From a bacterium (lineage in GTDB: Bacteria; Patescibacteriota; Minisyncoccia; Phycocordibacterales; UBA2100), in assembly GCA_009924895.1 (NCBI GenBank), contig RFQR01000005.1, positions 3,710 to 67,709 of the forward strand: a stretch of DNA of 64,000 bases, in the 5' to 3' direction. Numbering within the stretch: position 1 is the first letter of the stretch; each line of letters begins with the position of its first letter. Positions 38,519-47,825 of the stretch are shown piece by piece. The notes under the pieces are model-generated. The model saw nothing but the letters and a program-made list of their open reading frames with translations. It was not told the DNA's origin and ran no database searches. Both the position numbers and the translations under genes were made by a program.

Positions 38519-39370
38519 TCAAGAGAGAAATTGTTTTACAAATCGATTATAGCGCCACTGTTGGAGCTTCGGGTGAGCCTGCATACCCGCCGTTGACCAG
38601 ATGCCGCGAAGGAATGCAAAGTCGTCAGCGGCAGAGTCGCTATCGATGCGGTGCTCTGCATACAGCGTCGCAACCATTGCGAGGTATCGAGCCTTTTGTC
38701 TATCAGAATAACGATAGGCTGTAAAATATTCGAAGGTGTGCTCGTCTGGAAACCAGTCTATAGCAGCGAGGGCTGTCACGCCGTCGTATCCAACAGGACA
38801 ATGAAATGAATCTTCAAAATCAATCACGCCGTCGACATACATGTTGTGCGGATTGAAATCACCGTGTGTAATAACCCACGGAAGATTTTTCATTCGTTCA
38901 AACGCATCGTCAAAGCGTTGCACTAGTCTTGCCGCATGCGCTGGAAGTTCAGCACACAACTCAGTAAGGTGTACAGCGTGTGCGACACGCTCTTTTGAGC
39001 CCACTGACCCGGCAGTTTTGAGCTGTGCAGTCAGAAATGCCTTGGCGGTAGTAATAAACTTATCGAAATGTGCGTCATCGATAGCCCCAGACCTCGCAAC
39101 ATCTTCTTTGAAGATGGTGCCAAAGTGCGGTGATGAGAGGGAGGTTTCGGTGTAATAGGATTGACCATTGTATTCTCCGCGCTCAAGAATTTTTGGTGTT
39201 GGGAAACCAAACTGTTCAAGATGAACATGGGTAGCGAGGTGCTCCTCGACAATACTTTTTGGTCCAATACGAAGAAAGGTGTTTTGTCCTTTGTACACAT
39301 TCACGCTCGAGCGCTGAGCGCGTACGAGCGTGAACGGTACCCCATGTATTGTGAGGGTTTCCTCGGCCAT
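38519..39370 (-). CDS. Aminoglycoside-phosphotransferase-family kinase
   Basis: HGDFNPHN and IDFED motifs. Confidence 0.8.
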   Translation of the reverse strand: MAEETLTIHGVPFTLVRAQRSSVNVYKGQNTFLRIGPKSIVEEHLATHVHLEQFGFPTPKILERGEYNGQSYYTETSLSSPHFGTIFKEDVARSGAIDDAHFDKFITTAKAFLTAQLKTAGSVGSKERVAHAVHLTELCAELPAHAARLVQRFDDAFERMKNLPWVITHGDFNPHNMYVDGVIDFEDSFHCPVGYDGVTALAAIDWFPDEHTFEYFTAYRYSDRQKARYLAMVATLYAEHRIDSDSAADDFAFLRGIWSTAGMQAHPKLQQWRYNRFVKQFLS

Positions 39371-39373
39371 GCA

Positions 39374-41230
39374 CTATTGCTGAGGTGGAGTGTCTTGTGG
39401 TGGAGTCTGCTCCTCTTGCGGCGCGCCCTGCGCCTTCGACAGCGCCTCGCCAATTTTAGAGAGTGAAGTCGAGAGTGCACTCACTGCACTTTGTAGCACC
39501 GCATTATCAGTGCCGTTTCGAGCAGCTTTCACTGCGTCAATTTTTTCTTGCACTTCTTTCTTCACATCTTCGCCTGCTTTGTCGCCGTATTCTTTGAGTG
39601 ACTTTTCTGCGCTATAGACCAATGAGTCTGCATTGTTCTGTGTTTCAACCAGCTCCTTTTTCTTTTTGTCTGATTCAGCATTTGCATCGGCATCTTTGCG
39701 CATCTTTTCTACTTCTGCATCAGAGAGCCCTGACGAAGCCTCAATGCGGATGGACTGCTCTTTACCACTGGTCTTGTCTTTTGCTTTGACCGAGAGGATG
39801 CCGTTTGCGTCAATGTCAAAGGTGACTTCTACTTGTGGCACGCCGCGGGGTGCGGGTGGAATGCCATCGAGATTGAAGCGGCCAAGTGATTTGTTGTCTC
39901 CCGCCATTGAGCGCTCGCCTTGCACAACGTGGATTTCCACTGATGGCTGGTTGTCTGAGGCGGTTGAGAACACCTGTGAGCGCGATGTTGGGATGGTGGT
40001 GTTGCGCTCGATAATTTTCGTGGCAACGCCTCCCATCGTCTCGATACCGAGTGAGAGTGGAATAACGTCAAGAAGCAGCACATCTTTCACATCACCCTGC
40101 AAGATGCCTCCCTGAATCGCTGCACCGAGTGCGACGACCTCGTCGGGGTTCACGCTCATGTTTGGCTTCTTGCCAAAGTACGTCTCAACCGCTTTTTGAA
40201 GCGCTGGCATGCGAGTCTGACCGCCAACGAGAATAACTTCGTTGATGTCACCGATCTTAAATGGCGATGCCTCCATGGCACGTTTCGTGATCATAAGAGC
40301 GCGGTCAACGAATTCCTGTGCGAGCTCTTCGAGCTTTGCACGAGTCATTTTCACCAAAAGGTGCCGAGGACCTGATGCGTCTGAGGTGATAAAGGGGATG
40401 TTAATTTCAGTTTCTACCGCACTCGAAAGCTCAATCTTTGCTTTTTCTGCTGCTTCATCTAAGCGCTGGCGAGCGAGCGCATCAGTACGTACGTCGATGC
40501 CTGATTCTTTCTTAAACTCGTCGGCAAGATAATTCATGATCTTCTGATCAAGATCTTTACCGCCTAGGTGTGCATCGCCATCGGTTGAGCGTACTTCGAT
40601 AACATCATCGCCCACTTCGAGCACCGAGATGTCGAACGTACCACCTCCGAAGTCAAAGACCACAATCTTTTCGTTTTTCTTTTTGTTGAAGCCGTATGCG
40701 AGTGCCGCTGCGGTTGGCTCGTTGATGATGCGCTTCACATCGAGTCCTGCAATTTTGCCGGCATCTTTGGTTGCCTGGCGCTGGTCGTCGTTGAAATATG
40801 CAGGAACAGTAATGACGGCTTCGGTGATTTTTTCACCCGTTTTGGCTTCTGCGTCTGCTTTCATTTTCTGAAGAATCATCGCAGAAACTTCTTCAGGGCG
40901 ATATTTTTTGTCGCCCATAGTGACTTCGACACCGCCGTTTGCTGATGCGCTCACTTCAAATGGAACCGAAGCCTTGTCTTTCTGCACGGCATCCTCTTTG
41001 AAGGAGTGGCCTATAAATCGCTTGATTTGATACACCGTGTTTTTTGGATTGGTGACTGCCTGGCGTCTTGCAAGCAGACCAACAAGGCGCTCTCCTGTTT
41101 TAGAGGTTGCAACGATTGACGGCGTGGTGCGCGCACCCTCAGCGTTCTCAATGATTTTAGGCTCACCTGCCTCGACAATCGCCATTGCCGAATTTGTGGT
41201 TCCCAAGTCGATTCCAAGAATTTTTGCCAT
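39374..41230 (-). CDS. dnaK: Chaperone DnaK
   Basis: [36 protein letters not shown]. Confidence 0.98.
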   Translation of the reverse strand: MAKILGIDLGTTNSAMAIVEAGEPKIIENAEGARTTPSIVATSKTGERLVGLLARRQAVTNPKNTVYQIKRFIGHSFKEDAVQKDKASVPFEVSASANGGVEVTMGDKKYRPEEVSAMILQKMKADAEAKTGEKITEAVITVPAYFNDDQRQATKDAGKIAGLDVKRIINEPTAAALAYGFNKKKNEKIVVFDFGGGTFDISVLEVGDDVIEVRSTDGDAHLGGKDLDQKIMNYLADEFKKESGIDVRTDALARQRLDEAAEKAKIELSSAVETEINIPFITSDASGPRHLLVKMTRAKLEELAQEFVDRALMITKRAMEASPFKIGDINEVILVGGQTRMPALQKAVETYFGKKPNMSVNPDEVVALGAAIQGGILQGDVKDVLLLDVIPLSLGIETMGGVATKIIERNTTIPTSRSQVFSTASDNQPSVEIHVVQGERSMAGDNKSLGRFNLDGIPPAPRGVPQVEVTFDIDANGILSVKAKDKTSGKEQSIRIEASSGLSDAEVEKMRKDADANAESDKKKKELVETQNNADSLVYSAEKSLKEYGDKAGEDVKKEVQEKIDAVKAARNGTDNAVLQSAVSALSTSLSKIGEALSKAQGAPQEEQTPPQDTPPQQ

Positions 41231-41279
41231 ACACTTTAGATTAAAATAAGTAAGTAGTAACTAGTATACGCCCGATTTC

Positions 41280-42090
41280 TTTTTGTGCAAGTCAGACTTG
41301 CACAATTAAAATACTTTTTTATTATATGTCAATAGCTATTCTAATAAACTCCTCATCATCATCAAGTTCGCCCGAAAGGAAGCTTTGTGCTCGCGCATGA
41401 AGATCACGCATCGTTGGCATAATCTCTTGTATTGCGGCATGATCAACGATGGAGCCTCGCCTATTACCTGAATAGTCGCGCAAGCTTGCAAACGGGTACT
41501 GAAGAGCCCACTCCCACGCCGCAGCAAATTCTTTGCGAGCCCTCTGTATTCCCCCATCGTACAGCTCAAAAGGATTTTTTACTTGTATGTACGTAGAAAG
41601 ATGCTGAAGGTACTCATCATCTTCTACGGTTCGTGCCTTGTATGCGCCTTGGAATAATGTCCCATTCTCCTCGTATTTTGTGTTGTAGTAGAGCGCCATA
41701 CTGGTGCAAAGCCTCTGCATGTACCGCGCGATTCCATTCTCAGTATTTTCACGCAGGAGTAAATGGAAGTGGTTGTCCATAAGGCAAAATGCAAGTATCG
41801 AAACGTATGGTTTTGCCTCTGGCCAATGCCCGGGGCGTCGATATCCAAAGCGAATATCTTCGGGACTCACGTCCCTCTCCCAGTTCCGAGGCACATTTTC
41901 ATCGTTGAGGTAGCGAAGTAGCTTTAAAAAACGCCATCGATCTGCTTCATCTCGAACAATAGGCATGCCACGTGTCCCCCGTTTTAAGACGTGTACGTAT
42001 GATCCAACCGAAAACGGCTCTTTTCTCATAGCTTTTTGACACAATGCTATCAGGTGTATTGTAATTGTGCAAGTCTGACTTGCACAAAAA
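41280..42090. mobile_element. RAYT-like element bounded by 29-bp inverted, self-palindromic repeats
   Basis: TTTTTGTGCAAGTCAGACTTGCACAATTA (41280-41308) and its reverse complement (42062-42090). Confidence 0.8.
41322..42029 (-). CDS. Y1 HUH transposase (RAYT/IS200-like)
   Basis: YVHVLKRG, FCLMDNHFHLL (HUH), YYNTKY...G.LFQG, YIQVKNP. Confidence 0.9.
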   Translation of the reverse strand: MRKEPFSVGSYVHVLKRGTRGMPIVRDEADRWRFLKLLRYLNDENVPRNWERDVSPEDIRFGYRRPGHWPEAKPYVSILAFCLMDNHFHLLLRENTENGIARYMQRLCTSMALYYNTKYEENGTLFQGAYKARTVEDDEYLQHLSTYIQVKNPFELYDGGIQRARKEFAAAWEWALQYPFASLRDYSGNRRGSIVDHAAIQEIMPTMRDLHARAQSFLSGELDDDEEFIRIAIDI

Positions 42091-42147
42091 AAGTGGGTTT
42101 TGGGGTGAAAGCGTGGTGTGCTGTGGGTGCTAGCGGAAGCACGGTGA

Positions 42148-42684
42148 TTACTTTTGGCAGATGACCTGTGCGGGGCGGATGATGCGGTCTCCTATCTTAT
42201 AACCGTTGCGGATGACCTTAAGCACGGTCCCGCTCTCCTTCCCTTCGTCCGACTCACTGATTACTTCGTGGAGTGTGTGGTCGAGCTTCTCCCCCGCTGC
42301 CCCAAAGCGCGCGACTCCGTTTTGGCTGAGTATGTTTACAAACTGCGACTGGATGTATTCGATGCCCTTGCGCCACTCGGCAGAGACACTCCCCCATGTT
42401 GATGATCCCATTGCCATATCGAATCCATCAAGAACGGGCAAAAGTTCTTCCGTCAGAGACTCTCGGGCACGGGATTCTGCACGCTCTGCATGTGCGCGAG
42501 CTTCTTTCAGCATATTTGCAGCATCAGCACGGGCACGTTGCCAGCCGTCAAGATTATCTTGTGCTTCTTTTTTTGCGGCTGCAAGTTCCACTTTAAGCTT
42601 AGCAATTTTTGCTTTGAGGCCACCTACCCCGTTTTCGTCTTCTTGCTCAAAGTCGATATCGACTGCGTTGTATTCTGAAGTCAT
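42148..42684 (-). CDS. grpE: Nucleotide exchange factor GrpE
   Basis: RARADAAN, LLPVLD, GYKIGDRIIRPAQV. Confidence 0.95.
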   Translation of the reverse strand: MTSEYNAVDIDFEQEDENGVGGLKAKIAKLKVELAAAKKEAQDNLDGWQRARADAANMLKEARAHAERAESRARESLTEELLPVLDGFDMAMGSSTWGSVSAEWRKGIEYIQSQFVNILSQNGVARFGAAGEKLDHTLHEVISESDEGKESGTVLKVIRNGYKIGDRIIRPAQVICQK

Positions 42685-42757
42685 GCCGCGAGTATATCAA
42701 AAAATGTGTACAAAACAAAAAGACCCTGCAAAGGGTCTTTTTGTTGATAGGTGTACG

Positions 42758-44443
42758 TTAGTTCGGTCCGCCAAACCAATTTTTAATTTTGGACCATAAT
42801 CCGGTGCCTGAGTTCGAATCGTTGCTTGGTGGCACTATTCCTCCGGTACTTGAAGACGTATCAGATGGCTGTCCCTCTACGCCATCTTGCTGAGGTGCGT
42901 TACCGTTACCCAGTGGTGGTCGCAATGTCTTGTTCTGGTTTCTGAATGAGTCAATTATTTTTTGCTCATCTGAAGAAAGTGAGAACTGCGCAGTGTTTTT
43001 ACAGTATATCTCGTTGATCTTCTTTTGGGTGGTCAAGTACACGAACCCAGTTCCAGAACTTAGACCCCAAGGAGCAAGGATTTGAGAGCGGTACTTCTCC
43101 TGGAACGCCTTTACCGCAGCAGTGGTCTTTGTGTCGTACACACCAGTTATATCAATATCCATTTTCTTGAAATCTCGGAGTACCGTCTGCAAGCGTCGTA
43201 CTTGTTCAGGATTATTTGTTCGACGGGGCCCAAGAAAATCGGTGACATAGCGTTCGCATGCTGGTCCGAAGTCAGGTTGCGTCGAGGTAGATGTACCCAA
43301 GACTTGTCCGCTCGGAATCCCGCTGCCGTTACTGACGCCGAATGTACCAGTAATCGGGCCATTTCCACCACCACCGCTCGTCGGTGTCGGCGTAGGGAGG
43401 ATGACGGGCACAGGATAGTTACTGAACGATATCATAGTTATTGGTTCTTCAATGCCAGCAGGATGTCCCATAGTAACTAATTGACCAGGATTTGAGAGCG
43501 AAACCCCAAAGTAGGTGCCTGTATCAATCGTAAATCCGGTAGGAACGGTGACACCGTTTTCAAATGTCGTTACCACGGTACTTGAGCCAAATACTCCAGT
43601 TCCAGTCGGATACGTGCGATTCCAGCCTGACTGTTTGCCTTCGAGCACAAAGAAGTAACCTGTTTCGGGAACGTAGATGGTTGCAGTTCCCGATGCATTC
43701 GTGAGTCCGCTTGCAACAATGTGGAGATACACGATACCTTCCTCTCCTTCGTATTGTTCGGCGATGAAGAATGGCCAGTTTGCAACACCTGGTTCAGTGA
43801 ACGACTCTCCTTCATCTTTTACCCCAACAGTGCCGCTTTCAGTTGAGTCGTTCCAGTCACGGATACCATCGTTGTCGGTATCCTGCCACTTCGTCACAGT
43901 GATTGATGGATTCTGCCAGTTGCCAAAGTTGTATGGAGAATACACTTGGTTACTTGTTACAAAGACATCAAAGTATGCCGGTGACGATGGCGTGACCTGG
44001 GTCCATCCCGCACGCTGCTCCTCAGTGATTCTCCACCAACCATTCTCTGTTGGTGCAAACGAGAATGAGTAGAGGCCGCTTTCTGAATCAGTGGTTACTT
44101 GTTTTGCGCTGCGCGCTCCCGTTGAGGTTGCAAGGGTGATGCCTTCCTCTGCAATGTTGTCCATAGGCGTTGCGAAGATATTCCAGCCCCCGAGAGAGCT
44201 TTCCTCTCCCCACACCCCATTTCGGTTATAGTCGTTTGGAGTATTCGTTACCGATCCGGTCCACCCCGATACTGTGCCTTCAGTTTGAGGAAGGAGAGCT
44301 GCTGTGGTGTCAGCAAACGCAATTCCCGAAGGAATGGTTCCAGAGACTAATGCAAAAATGGTAAGTGCAGAGACCGTACGAGAAACTCGGTGTGCCCAGT
44401 TTTTTGAGAGAAACGAAACTCCGGATGATGGAAGCGCGTTCAT
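42758..44443 (-). CDS. Surface protein with SdrD B-like repeats and a peptidoglycan-binding domain
   Basis: DYNRNGVW..E...GW, DTDNDGIRD..EPGVANW, TTDSESGLYSF, Pro/Thr/Gly linker, VRRLQ...TTAAVKAFQEKY. Confidence 0.75.
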   Translation of the reverse strand: MNALPSSGVSFLSKNWAHRVSRTVSALTIFALVSGTIPSGIAFADTTAALLPQTEGTVSGWTGSVTNTPNDYNRNGVWGEESSLGGWNIFATPMDNIAEEGITLATSTGARSAKQVTTDSESGLYSFSFAPTENGWWRITEEQRAGWTQVTPSSPAYFDVFVTSNQVYSPYNFGNWQNPSITVTKWQDTDNDGIRDWNDSTESGTVGVKDEGESFTEPGVANWPFFIAEQYEGEEGIVYLHIVASGLTNASGTATIYVPETGYFFVLEGKQSGWNRTYPTGTGVFGSSTVVTTFENGVTVPTGFTIDTGTYFGVSLSNPGQLVTMGHPAGIEEPITMISFSNYPVPVILPTPTPTSGGGGNGPITGTFGVSNGSGIPSGQVLGTSTSTQPDFGPACERYVTDFLGPRRTNNPEQVRRLQTVLRDFKKMDIDITGVYDTKTTAAVKAFQEKYRSQILAPWGLSSGTGFVYLTTQKKINEIYCKNTAQFSLSSDEQKIIDSFRNQNKTLRPPLGNGNAPQQDGVEGQPSDTSSSTGGIVPPSNDSNSGTGLWSKIKNWFGGPN

Positions 44444-44497
44444 AAAAATTGAGTAATTTAGGTATGGTGCTAATAGGAATAAGTGAGCACAGAGCAT

Positions 44498-44711
44498 GTA
44501 CTTTCCCTTCGAGAGTCAAGCGCCGCTCAGGTACGCTCTTCCCTCCCTTTCGTGGAGAATTTCTGCTGGTAGTGTCCTTTAGAGCGCACCGCTGTGGAGC
44601 TCCTGAATACAAGGCTCTAGCGATGACGTTCTAACGGACACAGCACAAGCAATGCGAGATTCTAAAGGACATGCTGTCACGAGTGAGGGCCCCTGAGTGC
44701 TCGAAGAGTAT
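44498..44711 (+). ncRNA. Putative structured RNA, unknown family
   Basis: Nested helices CTTCGAG/CTCGAAG, GCTCAGG/CCTGAGT, CCCTC/GAGGG, TTCGTG/CACGAG, TGTCCTTTAGA/TCTAAAGGACA; G-U pairs favour the + strand. Confidence 0.45.
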
Positions 44712-44753
44712 GGTATTTTCTGACCCACAACACAAAAAACTTATTTTACAAGT

Positions 44754-45692
44754 CTATTTTTTGTATATGGGATAGCGCTCAGGATCAATGGTTCTGGCAA
44801 AGCATGTCTTTCCCGTGCTGTGACTCCATGGCAATCCTGCATCATCGGCACTGCGAACATTTTGCTCCATAGGGTATGCAGTTGCAATATCGCCTGGTGA
44901 GCCGTTGCTGTCCGCATTAAAGTTTGCACACAATTTGAAACCGAGTTTATTGCTGGTAGTCGCGTACTCATACATGTCACCTTCTGGTGCAATTGGCACT
45001 GTCATGCCACTAAGCTGATCGTACGCCTCTGACATGGTTGCCGGCAGCCTGCCCTTCTGTTGGTAGAAGTTAATAATCTGCCATTGAATGTTTTGAAGGT
45101 CTGAAACTTTCTGTTGATCAATGCGAAGTTTGCGGACATATGATGGTGAACCCATGACCAAGAATCCTGAAACTATCGTACCGATAACAAGTACAACAAC
45201 TGCAATCCCTACTGCGTTTACCTTGGTTTTGTTATCGTTCCAGAAACCCCACAATTCAGCGAGAAAGTGCATGAAGATTCCTGCGGCGACAAGAATCACG
45301 AGTGCAACTTTAAACACAAAGCGAGTCGAGAGCTCACCCCCGAGGAAGGTGTTAATAAGAGTGATGAGGGTAATAACGACAGCAGAGCCTGCGAGAAACA
45401 AGGTGAGCATAAGAGCCCAGCGACGCACCCATAACTCTGTCTTCTCTGGCGTGGTGCCAATGTCTGAACGAATGACGCGCATGAGTACTAGAAATACTGG
45501 CACAAGCACGATAAGGCTCGCCATCGCGAAGCGCATGGTCCCTGAGTAAGGGTCCACATACCCATCAAGAGCATCAGGGTATGCCTTGTTAATGTATTCA
45601 AATATAAGCGTGAGAAACGCCGTGATTGAACCATAGAGTGCAATCATTGCCCCTGCCCACGTAAAGAAATCCTTTGGTGTGACTTTGTTCAT
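44754..45692 (-). CDS. DUF5671-type membrane protein with pilin-like C-terminal domain
   Basis: PKDFF start, 5 TMs, GSP...R...D...DL..IQ..I..FY...LP, YEY, F.LCA.F, CF. Confidence 0.75.
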   Translation of the reverse strand: MNKVTPKDFFTWAGAMIALYGSITAFLTLIFEYINKAYPDALDGYVDPYSGTMRFAMASLIVLVPVFLVLMRVIRSDIGTTPEKTELWVRRWALMLTLFLAGSAVVITLITLINTFLGGELSTRFVFKVALVILVAAGIFMHFLAELWGFWNDNKTKVNAVGIAVVVLVIGTIVSGFLVMGSPSYVRKLRIDQQKVSDLQNIQWQIINFYQQKGRLPATMSEAYDQLSGMTVPIAPEGDMYEYATTSNKLGFKLCANFNADSNGSPGDIATAYPMEQNVRSADDAGLPWSHSTGKTCFARTIDPERYPIYKK

Positions 45693-45814
45693 ATACCTCT
45701 ACACTAGCATATGACGAATGAGGAAGAGGATCATTACATATATTGACAAGTTAATGCATCATTGTATAAACGATTCTATTGTTGTCCCGCAGCAAGCGAG
45801 AGATACTTTTGTGA

Positions 45815-46413
45815 ATGCAATTTGGACATGCGATTGTGATTGTGGGATAACTCATCAATATTGTTGGTTCTCTTGTGTATGTGCGCGATACTATTCGTGG
45901 TGATACAAGCCCGAACAGAGTTACGTGGTCACTATGGGCTCTTGCGCCACTTATTGCGACGGTGGCAGCGGTCTCTGATGGAGTAAGTTGGGCAGTGTTG
46001 CCGGTTTTCGCTGCTGGGCTTGGTCCGCTGATAGTTGTCTTCACATCGTATCTGAAACCTAAGGCATACTGGCATCTTGGAATCCTTGATTATTTGTGTG
46101 GCTCGTTTTCACTCCTGGCGCTCGTGTTGGGGGCGCTCACAAGCAATCCCTTACTCGCGATCTTTTTTGCAATAATTAGTGATGGATTTGCAGCATTTCC
46201 TACACTTGCAAAAGCATGGAAAAATCCTGAGAGCGAGTCAGGATTTGCGTATGTTGCGGGTCTTTTGTGCGGACTTTCAACGTTTGCGAAGTACATTACT
46301 GGACGTTTTCTGAATACGGTTTCTCCCTCTATCTCGTTATCGCTAACATTGCACTCATAACATCCGTCTACGGTCACTCGTGGATTCGATACCTGTCGAG
46401 AAAAAATAAGTAA
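45815..46413 (+). pseudogene. Membrane protein pseudogene (nonsense codon plus frameshift)
   Basis: ATG 45815 with in-frame TAA at 45848. After about 46290 another frame gives a TM tail (WTFSEYGFSLYLVIANIAL...) ending at 46413. Confidence 0.7.
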
Positions 46414-46414
46414 G

Positions 46415-47785
46415 CTACCAACCGAACTGACGACCCACCTCTTCGGGTGTTTCTCGTTTGCGTGCGACTTTAATTTCGCCGTTTTGTGCGATGAGCTTGA
46501 GTGGTGATGAAAGGAGGCAGTGGTGAGACGCGAGAGCGTCCTGGTATGCGCCGGTGTCGAGAAACGCTAAAAACAAGTCCTCGTCCTCAGTGCGCTTTGG
46601 AAGCGAAACATGCGAGCCACCCGCAGTGTATTTGTCGTCGCTGTCACATGAGCTTCCGGCGAGCCATGTATGCACGAGTTTTTTCTCGTTCATGTTGTTT
46701 ACGGGAATCACATGCCATTTCTGTTTAAGCGCCCAGGTGTCAGTAAGGTCATTCATAAAACTACCATCGACGATGTACCAGATATTTTTTGCCTTATTCA
46801 AGACCTCCTTTTCAGCAAGGACTTTGTAAAGGGTGATTTGTGCAGGAGCTACAACCCATCTTCCCCACTCAGTAATGAGGTTTGGATGCTTTACGCCACG
46901 TTTGTCACATTCCTCCTTTGCAGTTTTTATGATCCGTTGCACGAGATTTTTGAGCGTGTAGAGACGTTTGTTCTTGTTGTAGGGAATGCCAGCGCCGCCG
47001 CCAATATCCACGGTATCAAGACCTGGGTTTTTCTCGCGCATCTGTGCGTAGAGCTCAATTGCTCGTTTTAAGGGCTTCACGAATCCTTCTATGCTCTCAA
47101 CTTGGCTTGAAATGTGGTAGTGCAGCACTGAGAGGTTTTTGATTTTGCCGAGTTCAAGGAGTTCGGTCTCGGTGAATCCGAAGCGGTTGTACTTTTTGTC
47201 CCAATGACTATCAATTTTGACTGAAAGATCAACGCGGATCCCTACTTCACCTTTGAACTTTTTCATACGTTCAAACTCAACCATATCTTCGATGATCGGA
47301 ATCACTGTGAGACCTTTTCCACGGAGTTCCTCGATAAGTTCCATGTAGCGCTCCGATTTCGGACCATTGCAGATGACACGAATTTTGTTGTTGAAACGGT
47401 CCTGTTCGATCATGCGCTTAACGAGAAAGAGTTCATTTGCTGATGCAACATCGAGATTTGCGCCTTCAGCAACGGCAGGAAGAACAAACTCACGGTTTTG
47501 GTTCACTTTCATTGGATAGTGGTAGCGGTATTTACCTTTGTACCCGAGTACCTTAATATAGGCAGTGAATGTCTCCATGAGGTCACGGACACGGTTTTCT
47601 ATGACGGTAGGAAACAGAATTTCGGTTGGCGTTCCGTATTTGCGCGCAATTGCCGCAATGTTGTATTGATAGTTACCTTCTCGAACGATAAGGTCACCAT
47701 CTTTTGAGATATCAAAAATCTGCGTATCGAACTCTTCCAGTCCAAGACGCCAAAATTTTTTCTGGCCATTTTTTTGCTTTTTCAT
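46415..47785 (-). CDS. speA: PLP-dependent arginine decarboxylase-like enzyme (short SpeA)
   Basis: YPMKVNQ, CNGPK, LHYH, DIGGG, TEWGR, SCDSDD, TGAYQD. Confidence 0.78.
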   Translation of the reverse strand: MKKQKNGQKKFWRLGLEEFDTQIFDISKDGDLIVREGNYQYNIAAIARKYGTPTEILFPTVIENRVRDLMETFTAYIKVLGYKGKYRYHYPMKVNQNREFVLPAVAEGANLDVASANELFLVKRMIEQDRFNNKIRVICNGPKSERYMELIEELRGKGLTVIPIIEDMVEFERMKKFKGEVGIRVDLSVKIDSHWDKKYNRFGFTETELLELGKIKNLSVLHYHISSQVESIEGFVKPLKRAIELYAQMREKNPGLDTVDIGGGAGIPYNKNKRLYTLKNLVQRIIKTAKEECDKRGVKHPNLITEWGRWVVAPAQITLYKVLAEKEVLNKAKNIWYIVDGSFMNDLTDTWALKQKWHVIPVNNMNEKKLVHTWLAGSSCDSDDKYTAGGSHVSLPKRTEDEDLFLAFLDTGAYQDALASHHCLLSSPLKLIAQNGEIKVARKRETPEEVGRQFGW

Positions 47786-47825
47786 GATAGAAAAATTATA
47801 CAACAAAAAAATAAAAAATCCACTT

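Noticed and set aside
44498-44711. 6S RNA or c-di-AMP/c-di-GMP riboswitch
   Set aside because: Bulges are one-sided with no symmetric central bubble, and I found none of the riboswitch consensus motifs; left as unknown.
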